Below are positions 30,492 through 39,819 of a DNA stretch of 64,000 bases, piece by piece. Each line of letters opens with the position of its first letter. The stretch's first letter is position 1. This DNA is from an uncultured Spirochaetota bacterium. Lineage in GTDB: Bacteria; Spirochaetota; UBA4802; UBA5550. Position numbers and translations under genes: made by a program. Location: the NCBI GenBank assembly GCA_963827275.1, contig CAWHAA010000004.1, positions 256,001-320,000 on the forward strand, given 5' to 3'. The notes beneath the pieces were generated by a model, which saw nothing but the letters and a program-made list of their open reading frames with translations, searched no databases and had not been told where the DNA came from.

Positions 30492-31555
30492 AGGAGCGGG
30501 TGTATTTCCTTCCGGCCGATGGCCGGCCCGATGACGCGGCGGAGAGCGCCCGTCTTGCTGATGCCATCCGGTCCGGGGGACTGTTCGATTTCATCGCTGA
30601 AAGGGACATGGTCGCGGTCAAGACGCATTTCGGCGAGGGGCCGAAGACCGGCCATGTGCGGCCCGTCTATTTGAAAATGCTGGGCGAGGCCGTGCGTGAA
30701 AGAAAGGGCTGCCCCTTCCTCACCGAGACCCAGACCCTGTACAAGGGGAACCGGACCGACGCCGTGCTGCACCTGAACCACGCCCAGTCCCAGGGCTACG
30801 GGTACGAGCACACCGGGATGCCCATCATCATGGCGGACGGCCTTTTCGGCGATGAGGAAATTGAGGTCCCGGTGCCCGGCAGGCTCTACCGCTCGGTGAA
30901 GCTCGCCTCCGGCATCGTGAAGGCGAACGCGCTGGTGGTGGTCTCGCATTTCACCGGTCACCTCGGCACGGGGTTCGGCTGCGCCCTTAAGAACATGGGC
31001 ATGGGTTGCTCGAGCCGCAGGGGGAAGATGGCCCAGCATTCCACGGCGAAGCCGAAGATCAAGGCGAAGGCCTGCACCCGCTGCGGCGTGTGCGTCAAAT
31101 GGTGCCCGGCATCCGCGATCACCATGGAGGAAAAGAGCGCCGTGATACGGTCCGCCTCGTGCATCGGCTGCGGGCAGTGCCTGGCGGTGTGCCGCTTCGA
31201 CGCGGTCGCCTATAACTGGGGCGCGACCTATGAAGATCTCCAGAAGAAGGTTGCGGAGCATGCCTGGGGCGTTGCACTGGGGAAGAAGGACAAGATGGTC
31301 TGTATTAATTTTCTCACGCGGATATCAAAGGACTGCGACTGCATGACGGGCTTTGATCCCATCGCCCCGGACATCGGCGTTCTCGTTTCACGCGACCCGG
31401 TCGCGGTCGATGCCGCCTCCCTTGACCTGGTGGAGGAGCGCACCGGGAAAAAGCTTTCCGAGCTTGCCTACGACATCCCCTACCGGTTCCAGGTGGATTA
31501 TTCCCGTGAAATCGGCTTCGGGAACACGGAGTACGACCTGGTCACCCTGTCCTGA
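30488..31555 (+). CDS. DUF362-domain protein with 2x[4Fe-4S] ferredoxin insert
   Basis: VKTHFGE, MADGL, SHFTGH, KNMGMGC, two CxxCxxCxxxC-type motifs, CDC and DPVAVD. Confidence 0.92.
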   Translation: MKERVYFLPADGRPDDAAESARLADAIRSGGLFDFIAERDMVAVKTHFGEGPKTGHVRPVYLKMLGEAVRERKGCPFLTETQTLYKGNRTDAVLHLNHAQSQGYGYEHTGMPIIMADGLFGDEEIEVPVPGRLYRSVKLASGIVKANALVVVSHFTGHLGTGFGCALKNMGMGCSSRRGKMAQHSTAKPKIKAKACTRCGVCVKWCPASAITMEEKSAVIRSASCIGCGQCLAVCRFDAVAYNWGATYEDLQKKVAEHAWGVALGKKDKMVCINFLTRISKDCDCMTGFDPIAPDIGVLVSRDPVAVDAASLDLVEERTGKKLSELAYDIPYRFQVDYSREIGFGNTEYDLVTLS

Positions 31556-31603
31556 CGATACGGAAATACCGCATCCCGCATTAATTTCTTGACAATATTG
31601 ATG

Positions 31604-31641
31604 GTTTAAAGGATTTAACCATACGGTTAAATCCTTTAAAC
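31604..31641. promoter_or_regulatory. Perfect 17-bp-arm inverted repeat, probable TetR operator
   Basis: GTTTAAAGGATTTAACC-ATAC-GGTTAAATCCTTTAAAC between TTGACA (31589) and the tetR start. Confidence 0.8.
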
Positions 31642-31654
31642 ACGCGGTTAATCA

Positions 31655-32449
31655 ATGGAGAGGAAAGCAAAAAAACCCCGGTGCGCCGGAAAGGACCCGG
31701 AGCGGGCAAAAGACCGCATATTATCTGCGGCCAAGAAGGAATTCGCCGAGCAGGGTTTCAGCGGCGCCCGCATGTCCGCGATCGCGAAACGCGCATCGGT
31801 CAACAAGGCGTTGATCCATTACTATTTCAGGGACAAGGATTCCCTGTACGAGGAGGTCCTCCGGCGGATTTTCAGGGGCGATGACGCCTCCGCGTCCCTG
31901 CCGGAATACATAGGGAAATGGGACCTCACCCCCTCGCAGAATCTGTATGTGACCATATTTTTCATCGTGAATATCTTCACGAAAGCGATGGACCCGGAGG
32001 CGATGCGGATCATATTCTGGGAGGTCGCCGAGGGAAAGAGGTTCCTCGAAACGCTCACCATGGAGTACGATATCCCCCGCAAGAAGCTCCTCACCGCGGT
32101 GCTGGAGGAAGGGATAAAAACCGGCGAGTTCGAAACGGAATATCCGGCCCTGGCCGCGGCGAACATTACCTCGTTTATTTCGTTTTACTGCATCAACAAG
32201 GAATTCTACCAGGGCAAGCCGCTGTTCCGCGAAATGTACGGGGACGCGACAGATACCGACGCCTTCAACTATGTCCTTGAGCTGGTGTTCAAGTCCCTCA
32301 CGCCGCGCGGCAGCGAGTTCTCCATACCGAAGATCCCCGACGACCTGCAGCGGATACTGGATGAGGTGTTGAACTTTTTGATAGAAAAAAAGAACGGAAG
32401 CATCAACGAGGAAATCTTCCGGCGAATAGATTCCATTTTGCATGAGTGA
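31655..32449 (+). CDS. TetR/AcrR family transcriptional regulator
   Basis: ILSAAKKEFAEQGFSGARMSAIAKRASVNKALIHYYFRDKDSLY. Confidence 0.95.
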   Translation: MERKAKKPRCAGKDPERAKDRILSAAKKEFAEQGFSGARMSAIAKRASVNKALIHYYFRDKDSLYEEVLRRIFRGDDASASLPEYIGKWDLTPSQNLYVTIFFIVNIFTKAMDPEAMRIIFWEVAEGKRFLETLTMEYDIPRKKLLTAVLEEGIKTGEFETEYPALAAANITSFISFYCINKEFYQGKPLFREMYGDATDTDAFNYVLELVFKSLTPRGSEFSIPKIPDDLQRILDEVLNFLIEKKNGSINEEIFRRIDSILHE

Positions 32450-32459
32450 TGAGGTTACT

Positions 32460-34127
32460 ATGTTTCTGAAGAAGACGATGAAAGCGATTACTGTGCCGGC
32501 CATGGCGCTCTGCCTGGCCCTCGGGTTTCCGTCCTCGCCGGGCGCGCGGGCCGAGGAAAAGAAGGCCGCCCCGGCTTCGGGAGCCGCGGCGTCGGCCGAT
32601 AAGGGCGAGAACGACCGTGCGGCGCGGGAAAGCAGGCGGATAAAAATTGAATACGCTGACGAGCCCGCCATCGTGCTGGGGCCGATGAAGATCACCCTCG
32701 GACAGGCGATCGAGTGGGCGGTGCGGCAGAACTTCGACCTGCTGGCGGCCAGCTACGACGTGGCCATGGTGGACACGGCGTACAATTCCTTTCAGAAAAA
32801 GTTCGCGCCCGTGCTCTCGGCCGACGCCGGCGTTTCCTACGCCCAGCTTCCAGCCTCACAGCGCACGTTTGCCGGTAAGAGCGCCACACAGGCAGGGGCG
32901 GGCGTCGGGATATACAAGAACTTTTCAAGCGGGACCACGGTCGCGGCCGGGTACAAGCATGAATACCTCGCAAAGAAGATGAGCGGCGGCATCACGTCGC
33001 AGCTCTTTTCCGGGATGTCGGGGCCCACGAACCCGCACAAGCCGGAGATATTTTTCATGGTCCAGCAGGAGCTCCTGAATAACTCGTTCGGGATAAACGA
33101 CAGGAAAATTGAAAAGATACTGAAAAACGCGACGACGATGCAGAAGGAGGGGATGATCCTGATGCTGTCCGTGGTGGTCGTCCAGGTGGTCGGTGAGTAC
33201 TGGGAGACGGTGGTCGCGAAGGTGTCGCTCGAGAACGCGGAGCTGCAGGTGCGTGAAACGAAAAAGGTGAGGGACATCACGGCCAGGAACGCGGGATACG
33301 GCCTGGCGGACGACTTCCAGCTCAATTCGTACAACATGATGCTGGCCGTGGCGGAGGCGAAGCTTGCCATGGCGCGCCAGGCATACCGCGAATCGCTCAG
33401 GAGCTTTCTTTCAACCATCAACATGGATGAAAATCTTGACGTGACCGGGACCGCGGTCTTTTCTAATAACTACCGGGCCGTCAACGTAGAAGAGGCGCTG
33501 AAGACCGCGTATGAGAAGCGTGCCGATTACCGGGCAGCGGTCCTCTCCCTGGAAAACGCAAAAATGTCGCTTGAAATGGCGACGAACAATACGCTCCCGT
33601 CCCTCAACGCCATCGTACAGGGGAAGGTCTCGGGGGAGAACAATAATTTCGCCGGGTCCTATGGCGACATCGCGCAGTTCAAGTACCCCGCCATCGAGGG
33701 AAAGCTCAAGATGTCCTATCCCATCGGCGACAAGGAAGTGTACACCAGGCAGCGGAACGCGCGCTTCAAGGTGAAACAGAGCGAGATCGAGCTGGAAAAA
33801 TCAAAAAGAAAGATCAAAGATGACATCATGAACGCGAGCGACGGGATTGATACGAATTACCGCTTCTACCAGAAAGCGGTGGAGGCCCGGAAGCAGGCGG
33901 AGCTGGGCTACCAGGGGATGCTGCGCGACCTCAGGCTGGGGCGGTTGAATTCCGCGGTCGTCAAAAACATGCTCGACGGCCTCATCCAGACACGGGACAT
34001 GGAGCTTGGCGCCGTGGTGATGTACAATGTTTCCCTCCTCTCGCTGGATGTGGCCAGGAATAATTTATTTGAAAAATATAATATCGACGTTGACAAATAT
34101 ATCCCGAAGGATATAAAAAAGAAGTAA
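32460..34127 (+). CDS. TolC-family outer membrane efflux protein
   Basis: Signal peptide; ITLGQAIEWAVRQN; two OEP-like helical/beta repeats. Confidence 0.85.
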   Translation: MFLKKTMKAITVPAMALCLALGFPSSPGARAEEKKAAPASGAAASADKGENDRAARESRRIKIEYADEPAIVLGPMKITLGQAIEWAVRQNFDLLAASYDVAMVDTAYNSFQKKFAPVLSADAGVSYAQLPASQRTFAGKSATQAGAGVGIYKNFSSGTTVAAGYKHEYLAKKMSGGITSQLFSGMSGPTNPHKPEIFFMVQQELLNNSFGINDRKIEKILKNATTMQKEGMILMLSVVVVQVVGEYWETVVAKVSLENAELQVRETKKVRDITARNAGYGLADDFQLNSYNMMLAVAEAKLAMARQAYRESLRSFLSTINMDENLDVTGTAVFSNNYRAVNVEEALKTAYEKRADYRAAVLSLENAKMSLEMATNNTLPSLNAIVQGKVSGENNNFAGSYGDIAQFKYPAIEGKLKMSYPIGDKEVYTRQRNARFKVKQSEIELEKSKRKIKDDIMNASDGIDTNYRFYQKAVEARKQAELGYQGMLRDLRLGRLNSAVVKNMLDGLIQTRDMELGAVVMYNVSLLSLDVARNNLFEKYNIDVDKYIPKDIKKK

Positions 34128-34177
34128 TGCAATGGCCGGGGACCCCCACGGCGAAAAATCCGATCCGGAGGGACGTA

Positions 34178-35209
34178 ATGAAAAGTCCGGTTATTTCCCT
34201 GCTGCTGTCTTTTGCCTGCGCCGCGGCTGCGCTGCAGTGCACAAAAAAGGCCGCGCCGGTCGAGTACGTTGTTGATTTTCTCTCCGGAGAGGTGAGCCTC
34301 GCCGGCCCCGGTGAACCGGTGCGGGCGAATGTCGGCGACATCATCCGCGAGGGAATGACAATCTCGACGGGTGAAAGATCATTCGCGCGGGTCAGCTTCG
34401 GCGAGAACGTTTTGAAGATATACGAGATGACGGAGCTGGCCTTCCCCTCCCTGTCCCACGACCCGGCAAGCGGCGCGGAACAAACCGGGATGCGCATGGA
34501 GAAGGGAACGATTCTCTCCAGCGTGGCAGTGAAGCTCGCCAAGGGAGATTCACACAGCGTCTCCTCGGACACCATGATTGCCGCGGTCCGCGGCACGGAA
34601 TACCTCTATTCGGTCGATGGCATCCTTGGCGTTGTGGCCTGCTACCGGGGCGCCATGTCCGTGCTTCGCGCCGGGAGCGATGAAGAGATCATCCTCAATG
34701 CGGGGGAGATGGTGTACGTAAGGAAAGGGAAGAAGATGAAGGCGGAGACCATACCCGCGAATTTCCGGTACAAGGATTTTACATACGGCAGGGACCCGGC
34801 GTCGCCGGACGCGGCGGGCATTGGTAAAGGCCGGGAACGGGTAACCGCCGCGGCGCACAAGCGCAGCGGAGGCGCGGGAACAAGCGTGGCCGGGACGGAA
34901 ATGACCGGCAGCGCAAAAAATGCCGCCACCGCCCCTGCGGCTAAAAAGGCGGGCGCAGCAGCCGGCAGTACCGCGTTGATTGCAGCAAAAAAAGAGGCGC
35001 AGGGCGCCGGCGGGGAACGGGCAGTTGCATCGGAACGCACGGTGAGGAAAGAGACCGCGGCCGGGAAGGAGAAAGAAGCCGGTACGGATACCGCCGAGAA
35101 GAAACAGGCCTCCGTAGAGACGCAAAAAGCCGCGGCCGCGGCAGCGCGGCAACCGCAGCCGGGCGCGCTGCTCGAAAAGCCGAGGGTCGATGTGCCTGAA
35201 TTGAAGTAG
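34178..35209 (+). CDS. FecR-domain (LipL45-like) lipoprotein with Ala/Lys-rich tail
   Basis: Lipobox ALQ-C; ISTGERS and IAAVRGTEY FecR motifs. Confidence 0.8.
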   Translation: MKSPVISLLLSFACAAAALQCTKKAAPVEYVVDFLSGEVSLAGPGEPVRANVGDIIREGMTISTGERSFARVSFGENVLKIYEMTELAFPSLSHDPASGAEQTGMRMEKGTILSSVAVKLAKGDSHSVSSDTMIAAVRGTEYLYSVDGILGVVACYRGAMSVLRAGSDEEIILNAGEMVYVRKGKKMKAETIPANFRYKDFTYGRDPASPDAAGIGKGRERVTAAAHKRSGGAGTSVAGTEMTGSAKNAATAPAAKKAGAAAGSTALIAAKKEAQGAGGERAVASERTVRKETAAGKEKEAGTDTAEKKQASVETQKAAAAAARQPQPGALLEKPRVDVPELK

Positions 35210-35244
35210 GCTGTTGTGGAAAGCGCCGCCAAACGGCGCGTTCC

Positions 35245-37197
35245 TTATTTCCCGATCTGTTTCAGCCTCGTATCGCAGTTTGTTACGCCCATCTTCGATC
35301 CCGCGTCATTGTAGAGGGGGCGCGCTTTTTCATATCCTTCGCGCGCCGCCGGGAAACGCTTTGAATAATAATCGATATCGCCCAGGCTGTAGATGCAATT
35401 TGCCTCGCCGAGTACCGACCCCGCCTGCCGGTAGAGCTCCAGGGCCGTGGCGTAGAGCTTGCCCGCTTCGTCATACGCGGGCTTTCGGAACAGTATCTCC
35501 CCGTGCATGTAAAGAGAATTCGCTTCGCCCAGCGCTGACGCCGCTGTGCGGTAGAGGCCGAGGGCCGCGGCAAACCGTTCGTGCGCCTCGCCGTACTTCT
35601 TTCCATTAAATTTCATTTCGCCGAGCCGGTACAGGCAGTTTGCTTCCCCGACCGGGGAGCCTGCTTTGCGGTACCGGTCGATCGCGGCCCCGAACCTCAT
35701 TTCCGCATCCCCGTACTTTTTGCGGTTAACGTTGATTTCGCCGAGCCGGTACAGACAGTTTGCTTCGCCGATCAGGGAGCCGGATTTTTGGTAGAGGGGG
35801 ATCGCCGCCTTGAACCGCGCCGCCGCCTCATCGTACTTCTTCCCGGATAATTTGATCTCGCCGATGCGGTACACGCTGTTCGCTTCCCCGACCGCGGAGC
35901 TCGCCTCCCGGTAGCGCGCCGCCGACTCACGGTAGAGCTTTTCCGCTCTGTCCAGGCTCCCGTTGCCCCGCGCGATCTCTGCGAGGCCGTAGAGCGCGTC
36001 AGCCGATTTTTTGCCTGTCGCCGACCTGTCGAGCGAGCCGATTGCCGTATCGGCGAGGCGCTCGGCCTCCAGACGGTTTTTTTTCTCTGAGGCAAGCTCG
36101 GCGAGCCGTCGGATGCATTCCGCTTTTTCCGGGAACGCGCCCCCGGTTTCATACCGTCGCAGGGCCTTCCGGTAAAGGTCTTCGGCCTGGGCGATGTCGC
36201 CCTTTGCGCGCGCCAGGTCCCCGAGGCGCATCAGGCAGTATGCTTCGCCCTGTGCCGATTTCACCTTCCTGTACAGGGCGAGGGCGTTCCGGAAATGATC
36301 CCCCGCCCCGGCGGTATTATTCTCGGCGAGGGAGATATCGCCCAGCATCCTGACGCAGTTTGCCACGCCGAGGAGCGACCCGGATTTTTTATACAGCGCG
36401 AGGGCCTGCCCGTACCGTTCCCGGGCGGGGCCATGCGACGCGGCGTTGAACGAGATGTCCCCGAGCCGCTTGAGGCAGTTCGCCTCGCCTAGCGGGGACC
36501 CGAGCTTCCGGAAGAGGGGGAGCGCCTGCAGGTAGTTGGTCTCCGCCTGCGCGTAATCGCCCATGGTGAGGGCGATGTCGCCGAAGCGCTTTGTGCAGTT
36601 TGCTTCGCCGAAGGAAGACCCGGCGGAGCGGTAGAGGAGGAGCGCCTCCTGGAATTGTGCCCGCGCGCGGGGGTAGTCGAACGTGCGGAAGGCGATGTCG
36701 CCGAGCCTGCTGACACAGCGGGCCTGCCAGATGACGCTGCCCGATTCCCTGGAGACGGACAGGGCGTCGGCATACGCCGCCCGCGCATCCCCGTACTTGT
36801 ACTGGTAGTCAAGGAGAATGGTGCCCCGCTCATACAGGACCGCGGCGATGGCGTTCTTCATGTTGTTCCGGCGCGCGATCTCTTCGAGGGCGCGCGTCAT
36901 GCGGACGCCCCTGTCATCGGAATAATTGCCGTCAAGGGATGAGGCGCGGGCGGCGCCGCGGAGCAGCCACTGCTCGGTGTTGACCGCGCTGTTGGCCGCG
37001 GCGATCTCCCTGCGCCTGCCGGCATCGCTTTCATCAGCGAGCTGTTCAAGTAGCGCGGTGTCGGCGGCGCTCCATGACGGCATGTCCCCCGCGTATCCCT
37101 GCATCCAGAACGAGCAGAACATTGTTGCCAGGAGAACGAGGGCGTGCTTCCCGCACCAGCGCTTTTGTATGGGGATATCAGTCATTGATTGATGCAT
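35245..37197 (-). CDS. Exported tetratricopeptide-repeat protein with about 13 repeats of 40 aa
   Basis: Repeated GSxxGEANCxxRLGEI...A...Y; GAGGAG before ATG 37197; N-terminal hydrophobic segment. Confidence 0.9.
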   Translation of the reverse strand: MHQSMTDIPIQKRWCGKHALVLLATMFCSFWMQGYAGDMPSWSAADTALLEQLADESDAGRRREIAAANSAVNTEQWLLRGAARASSLDGNYSDDRGVRMTRALEEIARRNNMKNAIAAVLYERGTILLDYQYKYGDARAAYADALSVSRESGSVIWQARCVSRLGDIAFRTFDYPRARAQFQEALLLYRSAGSSFGEANCTKRFGDIALTMGDYAQAETNYLQALPLFRKLGSPLGEANCLKRLGDISFNAASHGPARERYGQALALYKKSGSLLGVANCVRMLGDISLAENNTAGAGDHFRNALALYRKVKSAQGEAYCLMRLGDLARAKGDIAQAEDLYRKALRRYETGGAFPEKAECIRRLAELASEKKNRLEAERLADTAIGSLDRSATGKKSADALYGLAEIARGNGSLDRAEKLYRESAARYREASSAVGEANSVYRIGEIKLSGKKYDEAAARFKAAIPLYQKSGSLIGEANCLYRLGEINVNRKKYGDAEMRFGAAIDRYRKAGSPVGEANCLYRLGEMKFNGKKYGEAHERFAAALGLYRTAASALGEANSLYMHGEILFRKPAYDEAGKLYATALELYRQAGSVLGEANCIYSLGDIDYYSKRFPAAREGYEKARPLYNDAGSKMGVTNCDTRLKQIGK

Positions 37198-37509
37198 GGT
37201 GTGGCTCCTCATAATAATATCAATGCGTACCTGCACGATAATAATTCTTTTTACTCTCTTCTTTCCCTGTTGTCCATTCATTTTTCATTATTGTCCGTGG
37301 CGCGGCCCTCCCGGTTTCCCCGCTGGAGGCGGTCTTTCGGGGGATGAATAAAATAATATTTTTATCGAAAAAAGTTGAAAAGATCCCCCCTGTTTTTCAT
37401 GAAGATGATTTTTTTCTTGCTTTTATCAGCGCCAATTAAGCTTTATATGAGTATACACGGTTTCCTCTGTGGTGAATCTTTTAATGCAATATTATAGAAG
37501 GCGGCAACC

Positions 37510-38010
37510 ATGAAACATATCTCTTTTTTATTGATGGGAATCATCGCCCTGTCAGGCTGCGGAAGGATGACCAGGGTCCCGGAAGAAAACCGGGCGGTCC
37601 GGAAGGTTTTCGAAGTCGCTCTTCCGAAAAAGGAGATATACAACCGGGCGCTGGAATGGTGCGCGAAACGGTTTGCCGACGTCAAGGAAGACGTTGTTGT
37701 AAAGGACGGCGAGAAAGGAACGATTATCGCGCGCGGGACCGGGAAATATTCGGAATATTTCGATTTCCTCGTGGACCGCGAATTCAGCTACAGCATGACT
37801 ATAGAAACTAAGGACAGCCGGTACCGCGTCACCTTTGACAACTTTACCGTGTACTATGATGAGCGGCAGATGAAGTCGGGCAAGGCCGAGTACCGGTTCG
37901 AGCTGGATAAGATCTCCAAAAAACTGGACAGGGACATGGAGGCCCTCCGCGAGTACGTCTCCCGCGGCGCCGCTGAAAAGGAAAAGGAAAAGAAAGAAGA
38001 GGAATGGTAG
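37510..38010 (+). CDS. DUF4468-like lipoprotein
   Basis: Lipobox LSG-C; KKEIYNRALEW, GTIIARG and KDSRYRVTF. Confidence 0.75.
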   Translation: MKHISFLLMGIIALSGCGRMTRVPEENRAVRKVFEVALPKKEIYNRALEWCAKRFADVKEDVVVKDGEKGTIIARGTGKYSEYFDFLVDREFSYSMTIETKDSRYRVTFDNFTVYYDERQMKSGKAEYRFELDKISKKLDRDMEALREYVSRGAAEKEKEKKEEEW

Positions 38011-38034
38011 GGCGGCGGCACCGCCGCGACCCTG

Positions 38035-38358
38035 TTACAGCTTCAGTGTCACAACACGGCGCCCTGCGTTCGTCCTGATCGCAACGCCGACGTTTCTTAA
38101 CAATGCCTGTTCAAGCTCGTATTCAAAGTCCGTGCCCCACGCTTCGAATTCTTTATCTGAAAAATACTCCGCGGCGCATGAGAGCTCAATATCCGGCCCA
38201 TTGATAACGACGCTGAATTTTTTTTCCTGCCTGGCGGGGGCGCCCATCGTTATTTCAAGTATATTCCCCGATGCGTCCGGACGCTGGATGTCCAGGGCGT
38301 CCATCTTCATCGTTTTCGTCAGCACCCCGATCACGTTCATGTAGTCATTGTTGGCCAT
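38035..38358 (-). CDS. Hypothetical protein
   Basis: 107-aa ORF, GGAG RBS, 15 bp downstream of the preceding gene. Confidence 0.7.
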   Translation of the reverse strand: MANNDYMNVIGVLTKTMKMDALDIQRPDASGNILEITMGAPARQEKKFSVVINGPDIELSCAAEYFSDKEFEAWGTDFEYELEQALLRNVGVAIRTNAGRRVVTLKL

Positions 38359-38373
38359 CAGGCGTCTCCGGCA

Positions 38374-39003
38374 TCACTTCCCCCCGGCCGCGCCCCGGGC
38401 GCCCCGCTTGTTCCCGCGCGATTTCGACCGTTCGCGTAACGCCCTGTCGAAACTGAGATACTTCGAATTGAGATGCAGCGGCTTGAATTCCTTCCTGTTG
38501 GCGAGTATTTCCCGCAGCAGGCGGCCGGGGCTCGTGGTTTCCGGGTCGAGACCGCTGACGGTTTCGTAGCGGGCGCTGCGCAGCAGCCTGATCACCGCTT
38601 CCGAGCAGGTGAGCTTCCAGGGGCTCTGGTTGATGTCGAGGGAGAAGCGGTTCCTGTGCCATGAAGAGAGCAGGCTTTTGATCCCGATGATGATGGCGCT
38701 GCGGTAATTGAACTTGGTCCCCAGGCGGTGCGCGATTGTCTGCAGCCCCCTCTCCAGCGGACGGGAGGCGGGCCTGAACTCTGCCACAAGAATGTTCTCC
38801 CTGGTCCAGCGGTTCCAGGGGCGGAGCTCAAAGCCCCAGGACTGGGCCTGCATCACCATGCGCATGTTCAGGTCCCTGTCGTAAAAGGCGATGAAGGCAT
38901 GGCTGCAGGATGAGCGCGTGGCCCAGCGGATGATCCCGGAGATCAGGAGCCGGGTTGTCGAGAAACCGACGGTGATGTGTTGCTGTCTGTATGAGTTGTT
39001 CAT
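38374..39003 (-). CDS. Permuted papain-like (YaeF/YiiX, C92-type) enzyme
   Basis: IIRWATRSSCSHAFI (His) precedes LGTKFNY and LTCSEAV (Cys), then TSPGRL. Confidence 0.75.
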   Translation of the reverse strand: MNNSYRQQHITVGFSTTRLLISGIIRWATRSSCSHAFIAFYDRDLNMRMVMQAQSWGFELRPWNRWTRENILVAEFRPASRPLERGLQTIAHRLGTKFNYRSAIIIGIKSLLSSWHRNRFSLDINQSPWKLTCSEAVIRLLRSARYETVSGLDPETTSPGRLLREILANRKEFKPLHLNSKYLSFDRALRERSKSRGNKRGARGAAGGK

Positions 39004-39166
39004 GGTGTATCCCGAGATTTTATGGCTTCCCGCAAACAATATCTTTATTATGCCATTCTTGCAAGTAAAAACTGATACATGGGTGACTGGGTGGCCTGTA
39101 AGAAGGGGGTCAGAGTAAGCCAATAGCATTTTTTTTAGCATAAATCTGAATTTTTTTCCTTGGCAC

Positions 39167-39195
39167 TTGACGTTTCTATGTAAGGCGAGTATATT
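39167..39195 (+). promoter_or_regulatory. Sigma70-like promoter of hsp20-dnaK
   Basis: TTGACG-N17-TATATT. Confidence 0.7.
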
Positions 39196-39209
39196 TTATA
39201 TAGAAATTG

Positions 39210-39236
39210 TTAGCACTCAATAAAGATGAGTGCTAA
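39210..39236 (+). promoter_or_regulatory. CIRCE element (HrcA operator)
   Basis: Perfect TTAGCACTC-N9-GAGTGCTAA. Confidence 0.97.
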
Positions 39237-39255
39237 CATAAAAAGGAGGAAGGCC

Positions 39256-39690
39256 ATGAAATGGGGAGTAGCAAATATAAATAATAGAGATGTAATGCAT
39301 CCAACTCTCTTTGATGATTTTTTCAAGCTTATGCCGGTTGATCTTTACGCGGAAGAGTTATATCCGAAAGTCGATGTCCATGAGGACGATAAAGCGGTAT
39401 ATGTTAAAGCTGAATTGCCGGGCATAGACGAGAAAGATCTGAACTTAACGCTGAAAGAAAACGTGCTTACCATCTCCGGAGAGAAAAAAGAAGAGAAAAC
39501 CGAAGGTGATAAAAGCAAAAGCTACTGGTATTGCGAGCGTTCGTTCGGGTCATTCACCAGGACCCTGGCGCTGCCCGATGGAATCAAGAGGGATGATGTC
39601 AACGCCACCTACAAGAATGGCGTGCTGGAGATAGTATTGCAGAAAGCTGAAGCCGAACAGCCGAAGAAGATCACCGTGAATGTGAACTGA
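39256..39690 (+). CDS. Small heat shock protein (Hsp20/alpha-crystallin)
   Basis: PKVDV, AELPG, ERSFGSFTR and ATYKNGVLEI; AGGAGG RBS. Confidence 0.95.
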   Translation: MKWGVANINNRDVMHPTLFDDFFKLMPVDLYAEELYPKVDVHEDDKAVYVKAELPGIDEKDLNLTLKENVLTISGEKKEEKTEGDKSKSYWYCERSFGSFTRTLALPDGIKRDDVNATYKNGVLEIVLQKAEAEQPKKITVNVN

Positions 39691-39819
39691 AAGCCCACGG
39701 TGGCAGGGAACAACGCGCAGCAAGGATAGCAAACAGGAAATAGAGCGACAGGAGCGGGCCCGGCCATGAGATAGATCGCCGGGCCCGTTCTTGGGCAGGA
39801 AGAAAAAAGGAGGAATACA

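Noticed and set aside
38374..39003. Prophage remnant suggested by the papain-like gene
   Set aside because: No phage structural, integrase or replication genes nearby
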